DNA of 64,000 nt from Chloroflexota bacterium. Lineage in GTDB: Bacteria > Chloroflexota > Dehalococcoidia > UBA2979. The position numbers and the translations under genes were made by a program. Each line of letters begins with the position of its first letter. Within the stretch, counting starts at the first letter, position 1. The stretch is taken from NCBI GenBank assembly GCA_027593235.1, contig JAQCIU010000004.1, positions 64,001 to 128,000 on the forward strand, read 5' to 3'. Below, piece by piece: positions 47,946-57,544 of this stretch. Under the pieces are notes generated by a model. It ran no database searches and was not told the DNA's origin. It saw nothing but the letters and a program-made list of their open reading frames with translations.

Positions 47946-48641
47946 CTAGCGCGGGGCCTGGATGTCGAACGACTCGCCGAAGTTCGTCAGCGTGAGGCGG
48001 CGGACGAGGTTGTCCGGCTCACCGGTGACGATCGCGCCGACCGCTTCCACCCGATAGACCAGCGGGTCGTCGATGCCGATCCAGGCCTTGAGTGCGATCG
48101 TTTCACCCTCGCTGGCGTTGCCGAACAGCGTCATCAGATCCGACTTCACCTTCGCCTCGACGCGGTAGCTGTCGACGCCGTCGATCGTCTCCGCGCCGGC
48201 GACCGTCGCGCCGTCGAGCGAGCGCATCAGTCCGGTGACGCCCTCGGCGGGATCGAAGAAGGTGGCAACGTCGATCGTCTCGCGCTCCCAGCGCCCGGTC
48301 AGCGGGTTGGTAATCCAGCCCTCGTCGGGCAGCACGATGATCTCGATCGCGGCGTTCAGCGGCCCTGCCTTGACGTCGACCTGCAGGTGCATGCGGTCGG
48401 GGCCCTCGACGTCCCCGCTCGCGCGCACCATCTGGAGGCCACGCACGATCGAGGCCGTGCCGTTCTCGTGCTCCAACTCGAATCGGAACGAGTCGACAGC
48501 GTCCATCCGATCGGCGGCGGCCGTCAGTAGCGCCTCGACATCGACGCTGCTGGTATCGACGTCGGGACCGCTGTCACCGCAAGCGGCGAGGGCGAGTGAC
48601 ACGAGCGCGACGATGCCGACGAAACGACGGCGACAGTTCAC
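47946..48641 (-). CDS. LppX/LprAFG-family lipoprotein
   Basis: LAAC lipobox, S.RFELEH..G, A.GD...PD, FFDP..G and ETIDG motifs; GTGA overlap with the selD stop. Confidence 0.75.
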   Translation of the reverse strand: MNCRRRFVGIVALVSLALAACGDSGPDVDTSSVDVEALLTAAADRMDAVDSFRFELEHENGTASIVRGLQMVRASGDVEGPDRMHLQVDVKAGPLNAAIEIIVLPDEGWITNPLTGRWERETIDVATFFDPAEGVTGLMRSLDGATVAGAETIDGVDSYRVEAKVKSDLMTLFGNASEGETIALKAWIGIDDPLVYRVEAVGAIVTGEPDNLVRRLTLTNFGESFDIQAPR

Positions 48642-49693
48642 CGCACCACCACGCCCGGTTCGCCCGCTTCCACCGATCCGATGCGCCAGCACCCGCCGGT
48701 CTCACCCTCGATGGCCGCGCGGAGCGCTTCCGCCGCGTCCTCGGGAACCGCGATCAACAGGCCACCCGAGGTCTGCGGATCGAAGAGCAGTTGGCCGAGC
48801 GTTTCATCGAGGTCCGCCGGCAGCTTCACCCGCGCTCCGAGTTGCTCACGGTTGCGGCTGCCGCCGCCGGTGACCGCACCGGCCTCGGCGAACCTGTAGG
48901 CGTCGGTCAGCAGCGGCACCGCACTGGCCTCGATCGTGAAACGCGTACGACTCTGGAGCGCCATCTCCGAGGCATGACCAAGCAGCGCGAATCCGGTCAC
49001 ATCGGTCATCCCATTCACACCGGCCGCGCGGGCGAGGTGCGAGGCGTGGCGGTTCAGGGTGAGCATCGAACGGACGGCGTGATCGAACCCGGCGGCCGTG
49101 TCCTCGAAGTCCCGCTGCGCCGCCGTCAGCAGGACGCCGGTGCCGATCGGCTTCGTCAGCAACAGCGCGTCGCCGGGCTGCGCGCCGCCCTTGGTGATGA
49201 TCGCAGCAGGGTGGATCATCCCGGTGACGGAGAGCCCGTACTTCGGCTCGGCGTCGAAGACGGTGTGACCGCCCGCGATCACGCCGCCCGCCTCACGGAC
49301 CTTCTCCGCACCGCCGCGGAAGATCTCGGCGAGGATCGCCGGATCGAGATCCTCGGGGAAACCGGCAATATTCAGGGCGAGGCGTACCTCACCGCCCATC
49401 GCGTAGACGTCTGACATTGCGTTCGCGGCGCCGATTGCCCCGTAGGTGTACGGGTCGTCGACCACCGGTGGGAAGAAATCCAGCGTCTGAATCAGGGCGA
49501 GATCATCCGAGACCCGGTAGACCGCCGCATCGTCAGCCGCGTTGAGGCCGACGAGGAGGTCCGGGTAGTCGCCCGAATCAAAGGTGTCCTGCAAGGGACG
49601 CAGTACCTGCGCCAGGGTCCCGAGACCCATCTTGCCCGCTCAACCAGCGCAGGAAGCGAGATCGGTCAGACGAATGATGTCGTCGCGAGTCAT
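48638..49693 (-). CDS. selD: Selenide, water dikinase with selenocysteine
   Basis: N-terminus reads MTRDDIIRLTDLASCAG-TGA-AGKM; DDAAVY, DFFPP, GGHT and DPQTSGGLL motifs. Confidence 0.95.
49615..49628 (-). promoter_or_regulatory. Candidate bacterial SECIS hairpin
   Basis: GGGUC-UCGG-GACCC stem-loop after an 11-nt spacer 3' of the UGA (49640-49642). Confidence 0.65.
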
Positions 49694-49838
49694 CGAGCCC
49701 CCTTTCGCTGTGTTCACCGGAGTGCGGGCCATCGTCGCATCGTCCGCGCGGCACAGCAATGACCGACGACGCCGCCTGATTCGCCCGCGGGGTGGCGAGC
49801 CGCGATCGTCAGCGCCAGCGACTCGCTACCATTCGCGG

Positions 49839-50561
49839 ATGGCGAAGCCACCGACCAAGCCAACATCCAGCACGGCCGCACGACGCCGCGTCCGCAAGGC
49901 TGAGTACTGGACGCCGTCCGAGCTGATCGGGATCCTCGGCGAGCGCTACGGTCGGGCACCGCAACAGGCGTCGCACGCGCCGGTCTTCGAACTGGTGCTC
50001 ACGCTGTTGTCACAGCACACCTCGGACCACAATTCCGGCCACGCGATGCATCGCTTGATCGAGGCCTACCCGACGTGGGAGGCGATCCTCGCAGCCCCGA
50101 TCGCTGGCGTTGAGGACGCGATCCGGCCGGGCGGGCTCGCTCCGACGAAGTCCAAACGGCTGCAGGCGTTGCTGGCCGAGGTCAAAGAACGTGTTCCGGA
50201 CTGGGAGCTTGATTTCCTCGCGGACCTGCCCCTGGAGGAAGCGAAGCGGTGGCTGACGTCGCTCCCCGGCGTCGGACCGAAGACGGCGGCGTGCGTGCTG
50301 CTCTTCTCCCTCGAACGGCCCGCGCTCCCGGTCGACACCCACGTTGAACGTGTCGCCAAGCGGCTGGGGCTGGTCCCGGCGAAGATGCCGGCCGTGAAAG
50401 CCCACGACGCCCTCGAGGCACTGCTCACGCCCGACGAGGTCTACGCCTTTCACGTTGACCTGATCCAGCACGGCCGGCGCACCTGCCACGCGCGTGGTCC
50501 GAAGTGCGTGGAGTGCCCGCTGCTGGAACGCTGTCCTCGCGTCGGGCTCCCGCCGCTCTAA
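49839..50561 (+). CDS. nth: Endonuclease III-like HhH-GPD glycosylase ([4Fe-4S])
   Basis: LSQHTSD, LPGVGPKTA, PVDTHV and C-x6-C-x2-C-x5-C motifs. Confidence 0.88.
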   Translation: MAKPPTKPTSSTAARRRVRKAEYWTPSELIGILGERYGRAPQQASHAPVFELVLTLLSQHTSDHNSGHAMHRLIEAYPTWEAILAAPIAGVEDAIRPGGLAPTKSKRLQALLAEVKERVPDWELDFLADLPLEEAKRWLTSLPGVGPKTAACVLLFSLERPALPVDTHVERVAKRLGLVPAKMPAVKAHDALEALLTPDEVYAFHVDLIQHGRRTCHARGPKCVECPLLERCPRVGLPPL

Positions 50562-51082
50562 GCCTCGTCGGGCCCGCCCGCGGAAAGCCGCAACTCCAGA
50601 TCGACCGAGTCGAGCCAGCGGCCAAACTTGTACCCGACCTCGTGGTGGTGGGCGCAGCGCACGAAGCCGAGTCGCTCGTGCAACGCGATGCTCGCCTCGT
50701 TGCTCGACTCGATCACCGCAAGCAACGTCCGTATGTCCCGCCCGCGCGCTTGATCGACCAGTGCCTGGAGGAGACGACGTCCGAGACCACGCCCCTGAAA
50801 CAGCGGATCGAGGTAGACTGTGTCCTCACGGGTGAACCGGTAGCCGAACTTCGGCCGATACAGAGACAGATACGCGAAGCCCACAACCTGACCGTCGACC
50901 TCCGCCACGAGCACCGGCTCCGCCGGGTCGTGGTCCTGAAACCACCGTTCGCGCGCTTCGAGCGTCCACGGCTCGTAGTCCCACGTCGCCACCCCCGTCC
51001 GGATCTCCTCGTTGTAGATCGCGTTGATCGCGGGCAAATCGTCCGAGGTTGCGGGGCGGATGATCGGATCAACGGCTGGCAT
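50558..51082 (-). CDS. GNAT N-acetyltransferase (PAT/YncA-like)
   Basis: AIYN, E.TVY, QGRGLG, N.ASI.LH..LGF and GYKFGRW.D motifs. Confidence 0.9.
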   Translation of the reverse strand: MPAVDPIIRPATSDDLPAINAIYNEEIRTGVATWDYEPWTLEARERWFQDHDPAEPVLVAEVDGQVVGFAYLSLYRPKFGYRFTREDTVYLDPLFQGRGLGRRLLQALVDQARGRDIRTLLAVIESSNEASIALHERLGFVRCAHHHEVGYKFGRWLDSVDLELRLSAGGPDEA

Positions 51083-51193
51083 TGGCGGCTCCCGATGTGA
51101 CAATTCGCCCAGTCTCACGGCGGTATGGTCATCGCCGGGCGGTGACTATACTCGCCGCTTCCATCGTCCCGTTCGGCGTCCACGAGGAGAGTC

Positions 51194-52429
51194 ATGAACG
51201 ACGCGCCCGAGCCCAGCCTGGACTGGCTCGATGACGGTAGTGTGACCACTCCGGCCGGCTTCTCGGCTGGCGGCGTCTACACGGGTGTCAAGACCTACGG
51301 TCCCGAACCCCGCTTCGACCTCGGGGTGCTGCTCTCCGACCGTCCCTGCACCGTCGCCGGCGTGCTGACGAAGAACGCCGTGACCGGCCCCGCCGTGGCG
51401 CGTGCGCGCCGTCTGCTGACCGCCGCCGGCGCGGGACGCGCGATCTTCGCGAACTCCGGTTGCTCCAACACGGTCACCGGTCAGCAGGGCATCCGCGACA
51501 CCGAGCGCCTGGCGCAGCTCACCGCCGAGCGCTTTGGGATCGACGCCTCGGAGGTGTTCATAGGGTCCACCGGGGTGATCGGCCGCCTGCTGCCGATGCC
51601 GCCGATCGAGGCTGGTATCGCCTCGTTGGAGCTGGCGCCCGAGGGCGGTCACCGCTTCGCGCGGGCGATCCTCACCACCGACACCCGACCGAAGGAGACG
51701 GCCGTCCGCTTCGAGGTCGATGGCGTCAGCTATCACGTGGGCGGCTGCGCCAAGGGCTCCGGGATGATCCACCCGGACATGGCGACGATGTTCGGTTTCA
51801 TCACGACCGACGCACCCGTAGACCGGGCGTGGCTACAGGCCGCGGTCAGCCTGATCGCGGATCGCACGTTCAACATGCTCGATATCGACATGGACACCTC
51901 GACCAGCGACACGGTGCTGGTGCTCGCGAACGGCGCCGCCGGCGGCGAGACGGTCGGACGCGGCCATCCGGCCGCCGGTGCGCTGGCGCAGGCCCTCGAG
52001 GGTGTTGCTCGCTACCTGACCCGCGAACTCGCGCGCGACGGCGAAGGCGCGAGCACGTTGATCGAAGCGGTCGTCGGCGGCGCCGCGACGATGGAGGACG
52101 CACGGCTGGCCGCGCGGACGATCGTCTCGTCGCCGCTGGTGAAGACGATGGTCACCGGGCGCGACCCGAACTGGGGCCGCGTGATGATGGCGATCGGCCG
52201 CTCGGGCGCGCGCGTCGAGCAGGAGAAGGTCTCCGTCTGGGTGGGGCCGCATTGCGTCCTCGACAGTGGGACCCCCACCGCCGTCGACCTCAAGGCCGTG
52301 TCGCAGGCGATGAACGTCGCGGAGGTGCAGCTCCGCGTCGACCTCGCGCTCGGCGACGAAACGGCAACCGCGTGGGGCTGCGATCTGACTGCCGAATACG
52401 TCAGCATCAACGCGGACTACACCACATGA
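51194..52429 (+). CDS. argJ: Ornithine acetyltransferase ArgJ
   Basis: STGVIG, ILTTDT, KGSGMIHPDMATM, RDGEGA and WGCDLT.EYV.INADY motifs. Confidence 0.96.
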   Translation: MNDAPEPSLDWLDDGSVTTPAGFSAGGVYTGVKTYGPEPRFDLGVLLSDRPCTVAGVLTKNAVTGPAVARARRLLTAAGAGRAIFANSGCSNTVTGQQGIRDTERLAQLTAERFGIDASEVFIGSTGVIGRLLPMPPIEAGIASLELAPEGGHRFARAILTTDTRPKETAVRFEVDGVSYHVGGCAKGSGMIHPDMATMFGFITTDAPVDRAWLQAAVSLIADRTFNMLDIDMDTSTSDTVLVLANGAAGGETVGRGHPAAGALAQALEGVARYLTRELARDGEGASTLIEAVVGGAATMEDARLAARTIVSSPLVKTMVTGRDPNWGRVMMAIGRSGARVEQEKVSVWVGPHCVLDSGTPTAVDLKAVSQAMNVAEVQLRVDLALGDETATAWGCDLTAEYVSINADYTT

Positions 52430-53205
52430 CCGTCCAGGCGGCTGGCATCACTGTCGTCAAGATCGGCGGCTCCACCCTCGGCGCGGAGGACACCACGCTC
52501 GAGGATGTCGTCGCCCTCGCGCGTGAGGGACACCGCCCACTCGTGGTGCACGGTGGCGGCGCAATGATCAGCAGCTGGCTGGAGCGGATGGCGATCGAGG
52601 CGGTCTTCGTCGATGGTCTGCGCGCGACGAACGCCGACGCGTTGGACGTAGTGGTCGGCGTGCTCCGCGGCGTCGTGAACGCGCGACTGGTCGCGCAGAT
52701 CGTGGAGTTGGGCGGTCGCGCGATCGGCGTCAGCGGTATCGACGGTGGATCGATCCACGCCGAGCGGTACGACGAGCGCCTGGGATTCGTCGGGCGCGTG
52801 ACCGGCGTGGACGCCAGCTTCTTCACCGACCTGATCGACGCTGGGGTGATCCCGGTCGTGGCGCCGATTGGCCTCGAGCGGCCCTCGCAACCGCTGAACA
52901 TCAACGCCGACACCGTCGCCGGAGAGCTCGCGCGCGCAGTGCACGCTGAGCGCCTGCTGTTCATGACCGATGTCGATGGCTTGCTGGATGGAAACGGTGA
53001 GTTGATTGCCACCCTGGACGCCCAGCGCGCAGCTACGTTGCGTCAGGAAGGCGTCCTCACGGGTGGTATGATCCCGAAGGTAGACGCATGCCTCCGCGCG
53101 GCGGAGACCGGCACGGAGGCCTTTATCGCCAACGGCACACTCCCAGGCACTGTCCGACGCTTGTTTACCGATCAGCCGCTCGGCACCCGTGTGGGCGAGC
53201 GCTAA
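52426..53205 (+). CDS. argB: Acetylglutamate kinase
   Basis: VKIGG, VHGGG, NINAD and GGMIPK motifs; ATGA overlap with argJ. Confidence 0.95.
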   Translation: MTVQAAGITVVKIGGSTLGAEDTTLEDVVALAREGHRPLVVHGGGAMISSWLERMAIEAVFVDGLRATNADALDVVVGVLRGVVNARLVAQIVELGGRAIGVSGIDGGSIHAERYDERLGFVGRVTGVDASFFTDLIDAGVIPVVAPIGLERPSQPLNINADTVAGELARAVHAERLLFMTDVDGLLDGNGELIATLDAQRAATLRQEGVLTGGMIPKVDACLRAAETGTEAFIANGTLPGTVRRLFTDQPLGTRVGER

Positions 53206-53209
53206 GCCG

Positions 53210-56020
53210 ATGGGTTTCTTCGACGACCGCGAACGTGGCGACCTTGGGCCACCCCCGGAACCGTTCCGAATTGGTGGTAACATGCCGGAGTTCCGATCCA
53301 CCGTTCCGCTGCGCTGGATCGGCGTGGCGGCGGCAGTCCTCGTCGGTTTCATCGTCCTCAGCGTCCTGAAGTCGATCTACGTCGATGTCCTGTGGTTCGA
53401 CTCGGTCGGCTACCAGAGCGTCTTCCGCCGGGTGCTGGTCGCACGTATCTCGCTGTTCTTCGTGGGCGCCGCGATCACGGTCGCTGTAATCGGCGCCAAC
53501 ATCTTCCTCGCGCGCCGGCTCGCACCGCGCGGCCCCGAGGAGTCCTTCATCGAGGAAGTCGACGTGGTCGCGCTGCGGCGGATCGTCGCGGTGGTGCTGA
53601 TCGCCGGAACGATTTTCCTCGGGGTGATCTTCGGCTCGGTGGCCGGCGGCTCATGGGAGACCGTGCTCTCGTGGCTGAACGGCGTCGAGTTCGGCCGAGA
53701 AGACCCGCAGTTCGGGCGTGACATCTCCTTCTACATGTTCAGTCTGCCCGCGTATCAGCTCATCCAGGGCTGGTTCCTCGGCCTGTTGATCGTCTCCACC
53801 CTCGCGGCCGGCGCGGTCTACGCACTCTCGCTCTCCCTGCAGGGGTTCGAACTCAACGTGACGCGCGGAATGCGGATCCACCTCTCCGTGCTGCTCGGCA
53901 TCATCCTGCTGCTGATTGCGTTGAGCACCTACCTCAGCATCTTCGACCTCGTGCTGTCGCCGGGCGGCATCGTGGACGGCGCGACCTACACCGACATCAA
54001 CGCCCGGCTGCCGGTCCGCTACATCCTGATTGCCATCGCGCTGTTCGCCGGGCTGGCGACGATTGCCAACGCCTTCCTGTCGCAGGACAGCTACCGCCTG
54101 CCGTTGTTCGCCTTCGGGCTGTGGGCCGTCACTGGACTGCTGGGCGGCGTCCTCTACCCGAACTTCGTTCAGTCGTTCCAGGTCGAGCCGAACGAACGTG
54201 AGCGCGAAGAGCAGTACATCGCGCGCAACATCGACGCGACGCGGTTCGCCTACGGCCTCGCCGAGATCGTCGAGACGCAGTTCCCGGCGGAGCAGTCGGT
54301 CACGCGTGAGGCGCTCGCCGCGAACCCGCAGACCATCGACAACATCCGCATCCTGGACCCGCGTCCGCTGCGTGACACCTTCAACCAGGTGCAGGCGATC
54401 CGCCAGTTCTACCTGTTCAACGACGTCGACGTGGATCGCTACGTCCTCGATGGCCAGGTACGACAGGTGATGCTGTCGCCGCGTGAGCTGGACATCAGCC
54501 GCGCGCAGGAACGGAACTGGACGCGCGAGCGGCTCCAGTTGACGCACGGATTCGGCGCCGTCGTGGCGCCGGTCAATGAGGTCCTCGAGGAGGGCCTGCC
54601 GGACTTCATCACACGCGACATCCCGCCCGTGAGCGAGCAGCTCGAGCTGTCGATCGAGGGATCCCGGATCTACTTCGGCGAGATCACGAACGAGTACGTG
54701 ATCCTCAACTCGAACGAGCCGGAGTTCGACTACCCGCTGGGTGAAGGCAACGCGGAGACGTTCTACGAGCCGAAGCGCGGCATCGAACTCTCCTCGTTCG
54801 CGCGTCGGTTCGCGCTCGCCTGGGAACTCGGCGACACCAACCTCATGATCTCGGGGCAGATCAACAGCGACTCGCGCCTGCTGATCCACCGGAGCATCCA
54901 GAACCGGATCGACAAGGTCGCGCCGTTCCTCGTGCTCGACCAGGATCCGTACATGGTGATCCTCGACGGGCGGATCATCTGGATCCAGTCGGCCTACACG
55001 GTGTCCGACCGGTTCCCCTACTCGCAGCAATCACGTGGCTCGGTGAACTACATCCGGGATAGCGTGAAGATCGTCGTGGACGCCGTCACTGGCGACATGA
55101 CGTTCTACCTCCAAGACTCGGATGATCCGGTTGCCGCCACCTGGGCGAAGATTTTCCCGGACCTGTTCGCGCCTGACGCGGAGATGCCGCAGGCGATCCG
55201 CGACCACCTCCGCTACCCGTTGGACATGTTCTCGCTTCAGGCAGAGCTGTACCTGCGCTACCACATCACCAATCCGGACGTGTTCTTCATCGGCGAGGAC
55301 GTCTGGAACATCCCGACGGAACGGTTCCGCCAGCAAGAGCAGCCGGTTGAGCCGTACTACGTCTTGATGACGCTCCCGAGCGCCGAGCCTGATGTCGAAG
55401 AGCAGCTCGAGTTCGTGCTGATCATGCCGTTCACGCCGCGCAACCGGCAGAACACCGTCGCCTGGCTGGCCGGGCGATCGGATGGCGACGAGTACGGATC
55501 GCTCCGCGCCTACCGCTTCCCCACCGACGACCTCGTCTTCGGCCCGGCACAGATCGAGGCGCGCATCGACCAGAACCCGGGCATCTCGCAGCAGATCACG
55601 CTGTGGGACCAGGCCGGCTCCGAGGTGATCCGCGGCAACCTGCTGATGATCCCGATCGGTCAGTCGTTCCTCTTCGTCGAACCGATCTACCTCCAGGCCG
55701 AGAACTCGCGGCTGCCGGAGCTGGTCCGCGTCGTCGTCGCCAACGGCAACGCGATCGCGATGGAGCCGACCTTCGAGCGCGCGCTGGAAGTCGTCCTTGG
55801 ACGCGCCGCGTCGAGCCTCCCCGGGGCCGGTGACCTTGGCGGCGGCGTGATCACGACCGATGCCACGCCAACCGCGGTACCGGGCAGCGGAACGCCCAGC
55901 GGCAGCCTGAGCGAGTTGCTGCGGGACGCCCGCGACGCCGCGGACGCCGCAGAGGCCGACCTCAACCGGCTGCGGGCACTCCTCGACGCGATCGAGCGCG
56001 AGCAGGCATCCGGCAACTAG
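53210..56020 (+). CDS. UPF0182 family membrane protein
   Basis: LWF, DPQFGRDISFY.F.LP, DVDRY, NYIRDSVK and RGNLL motifs. Confidence 0.93.
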   Translation: MGFFDDRERGDLGPPPEPFRIGGNMPEFRSTVPLRWIGVAAAVLVGFIVLSVLKSIYVDVLWFDSVGYQSVFRRVLVARISLFFVGAAITVAVIGANIFLARRLAPRGPEESFIEEVDVVALRRIVAVVLIAGTIFLGVIFGSVAGGSWETVLSWLNGVEFGREDPQFGRDISFYMFSLPAYQLIQGWFLGLLIVSTLAAGAVYALSLSLQGFELNVTRGMRIHLSVLLGIILLLIALSTYLSIFDLVLSPGGIVDGATYTDINARLPVRYILIAIALFAGLATIANAFLSQDSYRLPLFAFGLWAVTGLLGGVLYPNFVQSFQVEPNEREREEQYIARNIDATRFAYGLAEIVETQFPAEQSVTREALAANPQTIDNIRILDPRPLRDTFNQVQAIRQFYLFNDVDVDRYVLDGQVRQVMLSPRELDISRAQERNWTRERLQLTHGFGAVVAPVNEVLEEGLPDFITRDIPPVSEQLELSIEGSRIYFGEITNEYVILNSNEPEFDYPLGEGNAETFYEPKRGIELSSFARRFALAWELGDTNLMISGQINSDSRLLIHRSIQNRIDKVAPFLVLDQDPYMVILDGRIIWIQSAYTVSDRFPYSQQSRGSVNYIRDSVKIVVDAVTGDMTFYLQDSDDPVAATWAKIFPDLFAPDAEMPQAIRDHLRYPLDMFSLQAELYLRYHITNPDVFFIGEDVWNIPTERFRQQEQPVEPYYVLMTLPSAEPDVEEQLEFVLIMPFTPRNRQNTVAWLAGRSDGDEYGSLRAYRFPTDDLVFGPAQIEARIDQNPGISQQITLWDQAGSEVIRGNLLMIPIGQSFLFVEPIYLQAENSRLPELVRVVVANGNAIAMEPTFERALEVVLGRAASSLPGAGDLGGGVITTDATPTAVPGSGTPSGSLSELLRDARDAADAAEADLNRLRALLDAIEREQASGN

Positions 56021-56297
56021 GCAGCCCCTCGGCAGCCCGATAGCCCTCGTTCGCCCGACCGCCCTCGGCGGTCGGAGCTCGCGCTGGTGTCTCACCATCG
56101 CGTGAGTCCACGATCGACGCATCGAGGCAGGCTTCGGTCACTCGATCCGCAGTAACAATGGCCGTCCGGACGCGATCACCGCGTGGTGGAGTGCTGAAAA
56201 CGGCAAGCCTTGACGCTCGGTCACGCGACCGCGCCCTCGCCGCGCGGTAGGCTGTCTGTTCCTCAATGCACACGTGCCCAACACAAGGAGACAGACC

Positions 56298-57488
56298 GTG
56301 GGCGACATTCCCTCCCGAGAAGCGGCGATTCATATGCAGACCGGCCGCCGTCTGCCGATCACGCTGGTTCGCGGTGAGGGCACGCGTGTCTGGGACGACG
56401 AGGGCAACGAATACCTCGACTTCATCGCCGGCATCGCCTCGGACACCCTGGGCCACGCCGATGAGGGTCTGGCCGAGGTGATCTCGAAGCAGGCGCGGAC
56501 GCTGATCCACGTCTCGAACATCTTCTACACGGTCCCGCAGATCGAGCTGGGCGAATGGCTCATCGAGCACTCCGTCCTCGATCGCGTCTTCTTCGCGAAC
56601 TCCGGCGCCGAGGCCAATGAGGCGGCGATCAAGCTCGCGCGGAAGTGGGGCATCCAGAACCGCGACGGCGCCTACGAGATCATCTCGACGCACAACAGCT
56701 TCCACGGCCGGACGCTGACGACCGTGGCCGCGACCGGAACCCCCGCGTACCGCGAGCCGTTCGGCCCGCCAACGCCCGGCTTCGTCTTCGTCGACTACAA
56801 CAGCATGGCGGCCCTGCGCGAAGCGACCACACCGCGCACGGCGGCAATCATGCTCGAGCCGATCCAGGGCGAGGGCGGCGTCAATGTGCCGGACGCCGAC
56901 TATCTGAAGCAGGTCCGCGCCTGGTGCGACGAGCAGGGAATCCTGTTAATCCTCGACGAGATCCAGACCGGCATCGGACGAACCGGCACGGTCTGGGCGT
57001 ACGAGCAGGCGGGCGTGGAGCCGGACATCATGACGTCCGCGAAAGGCATCGCCGGCGGGGTCCCGCTCGGAGCCGTCCTCGCGAAGGAGCACGCCTGCGT
57101 CTTCGTACCGGGCGACCACGGATCCACCTTCGGCGGCAACCCGCTCGCCACGGCAGCGGGCGCCTACGTGGTGCGCCAACTCCACGCGCGAGGCGTCCTG
57201 GAGAACGCGAAGGCGCGCGGCCAGCAGCTCAGCCAGCGACTCGCGGGCCTCGAGGATCGCCACCCGCTGGTGATCGGCGAGGCGGGCGGCGGGCTCCTCC
57301 GCCGGCTCGAACTGGCCGAAGACGTCGCGGGCGAGGTGGCGACCAAGGCGCGCGAGCGCGGACTGCTGCTGAACCCCGTTCGCCCGAATCGCGTGCGGTT
57401 CATGCCGCCACTGACCGTCACGGCTGCCGAGATCGATCAGGCCGTTGATATCGTGGAAGCGGTATTGACCGAGCTCGAGGCCAAATAG
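56298..57488 (+). CDS. argD: Acetylornithine aminotransferase
   Basis: NSGAEANE, SFHGRT, EPIQGEGG, DEIQTG and HGSTFGGNP motifs. Confidence 0.93.
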   Translation: MGDIPSREAAIHMQTGRRLPITLVRGEGTRVWDDEGNEYLDFIAGIASDTLGHADEGLAEVISKQARTLIHVSNIFYTVPQIELGEWLIEHSVLDRVFFANSGAEANEAAIKLARKWGIQNRDGAYEIISTHNSFHGRTLTTVAATGTPAYREPFGPPTPGFVFVDYNSMAALREATTPRTAAIMLEPIQGEGGVNVPDADYLKQVRAWCDEQGILLILDEIQTGIGRTGTVWAYEQAGVEPDIMTSAKGIAGGVPLGAVLAKEHACVFVPGDHGSTFGGNPLATAAGAYVVRQLHARGVLENAKARGQQLSQRLAGLEDRHPLVIGEAGGGLLRRLELAEDVAGEVATKARERGLLLNPVRPNRVRFMPPLTVTAAEIDQAVDIVEAVLTELEAK

Positions 57489-57544
57489 GCGGGGTTCGCA
57501 CCCGCACCCAATCTCCGCCTGCTCTCACTCCCGATGGGGGTCTC

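Noticed and set aside
51460-53205. 581-aa ORF as an extended ArgB
   Set aside because: The N-terminal part overlaps argJ in another frame; ArgB starts at the ATGA overlap at 52426.
56021-56297. Possible riboswitch, T-box or ARG box upstream of argD
   Set aside because: Only a GC hairpin is visible; I see no T-box or AT-rich ARG-box consensus. An Rfam scan would be needed.
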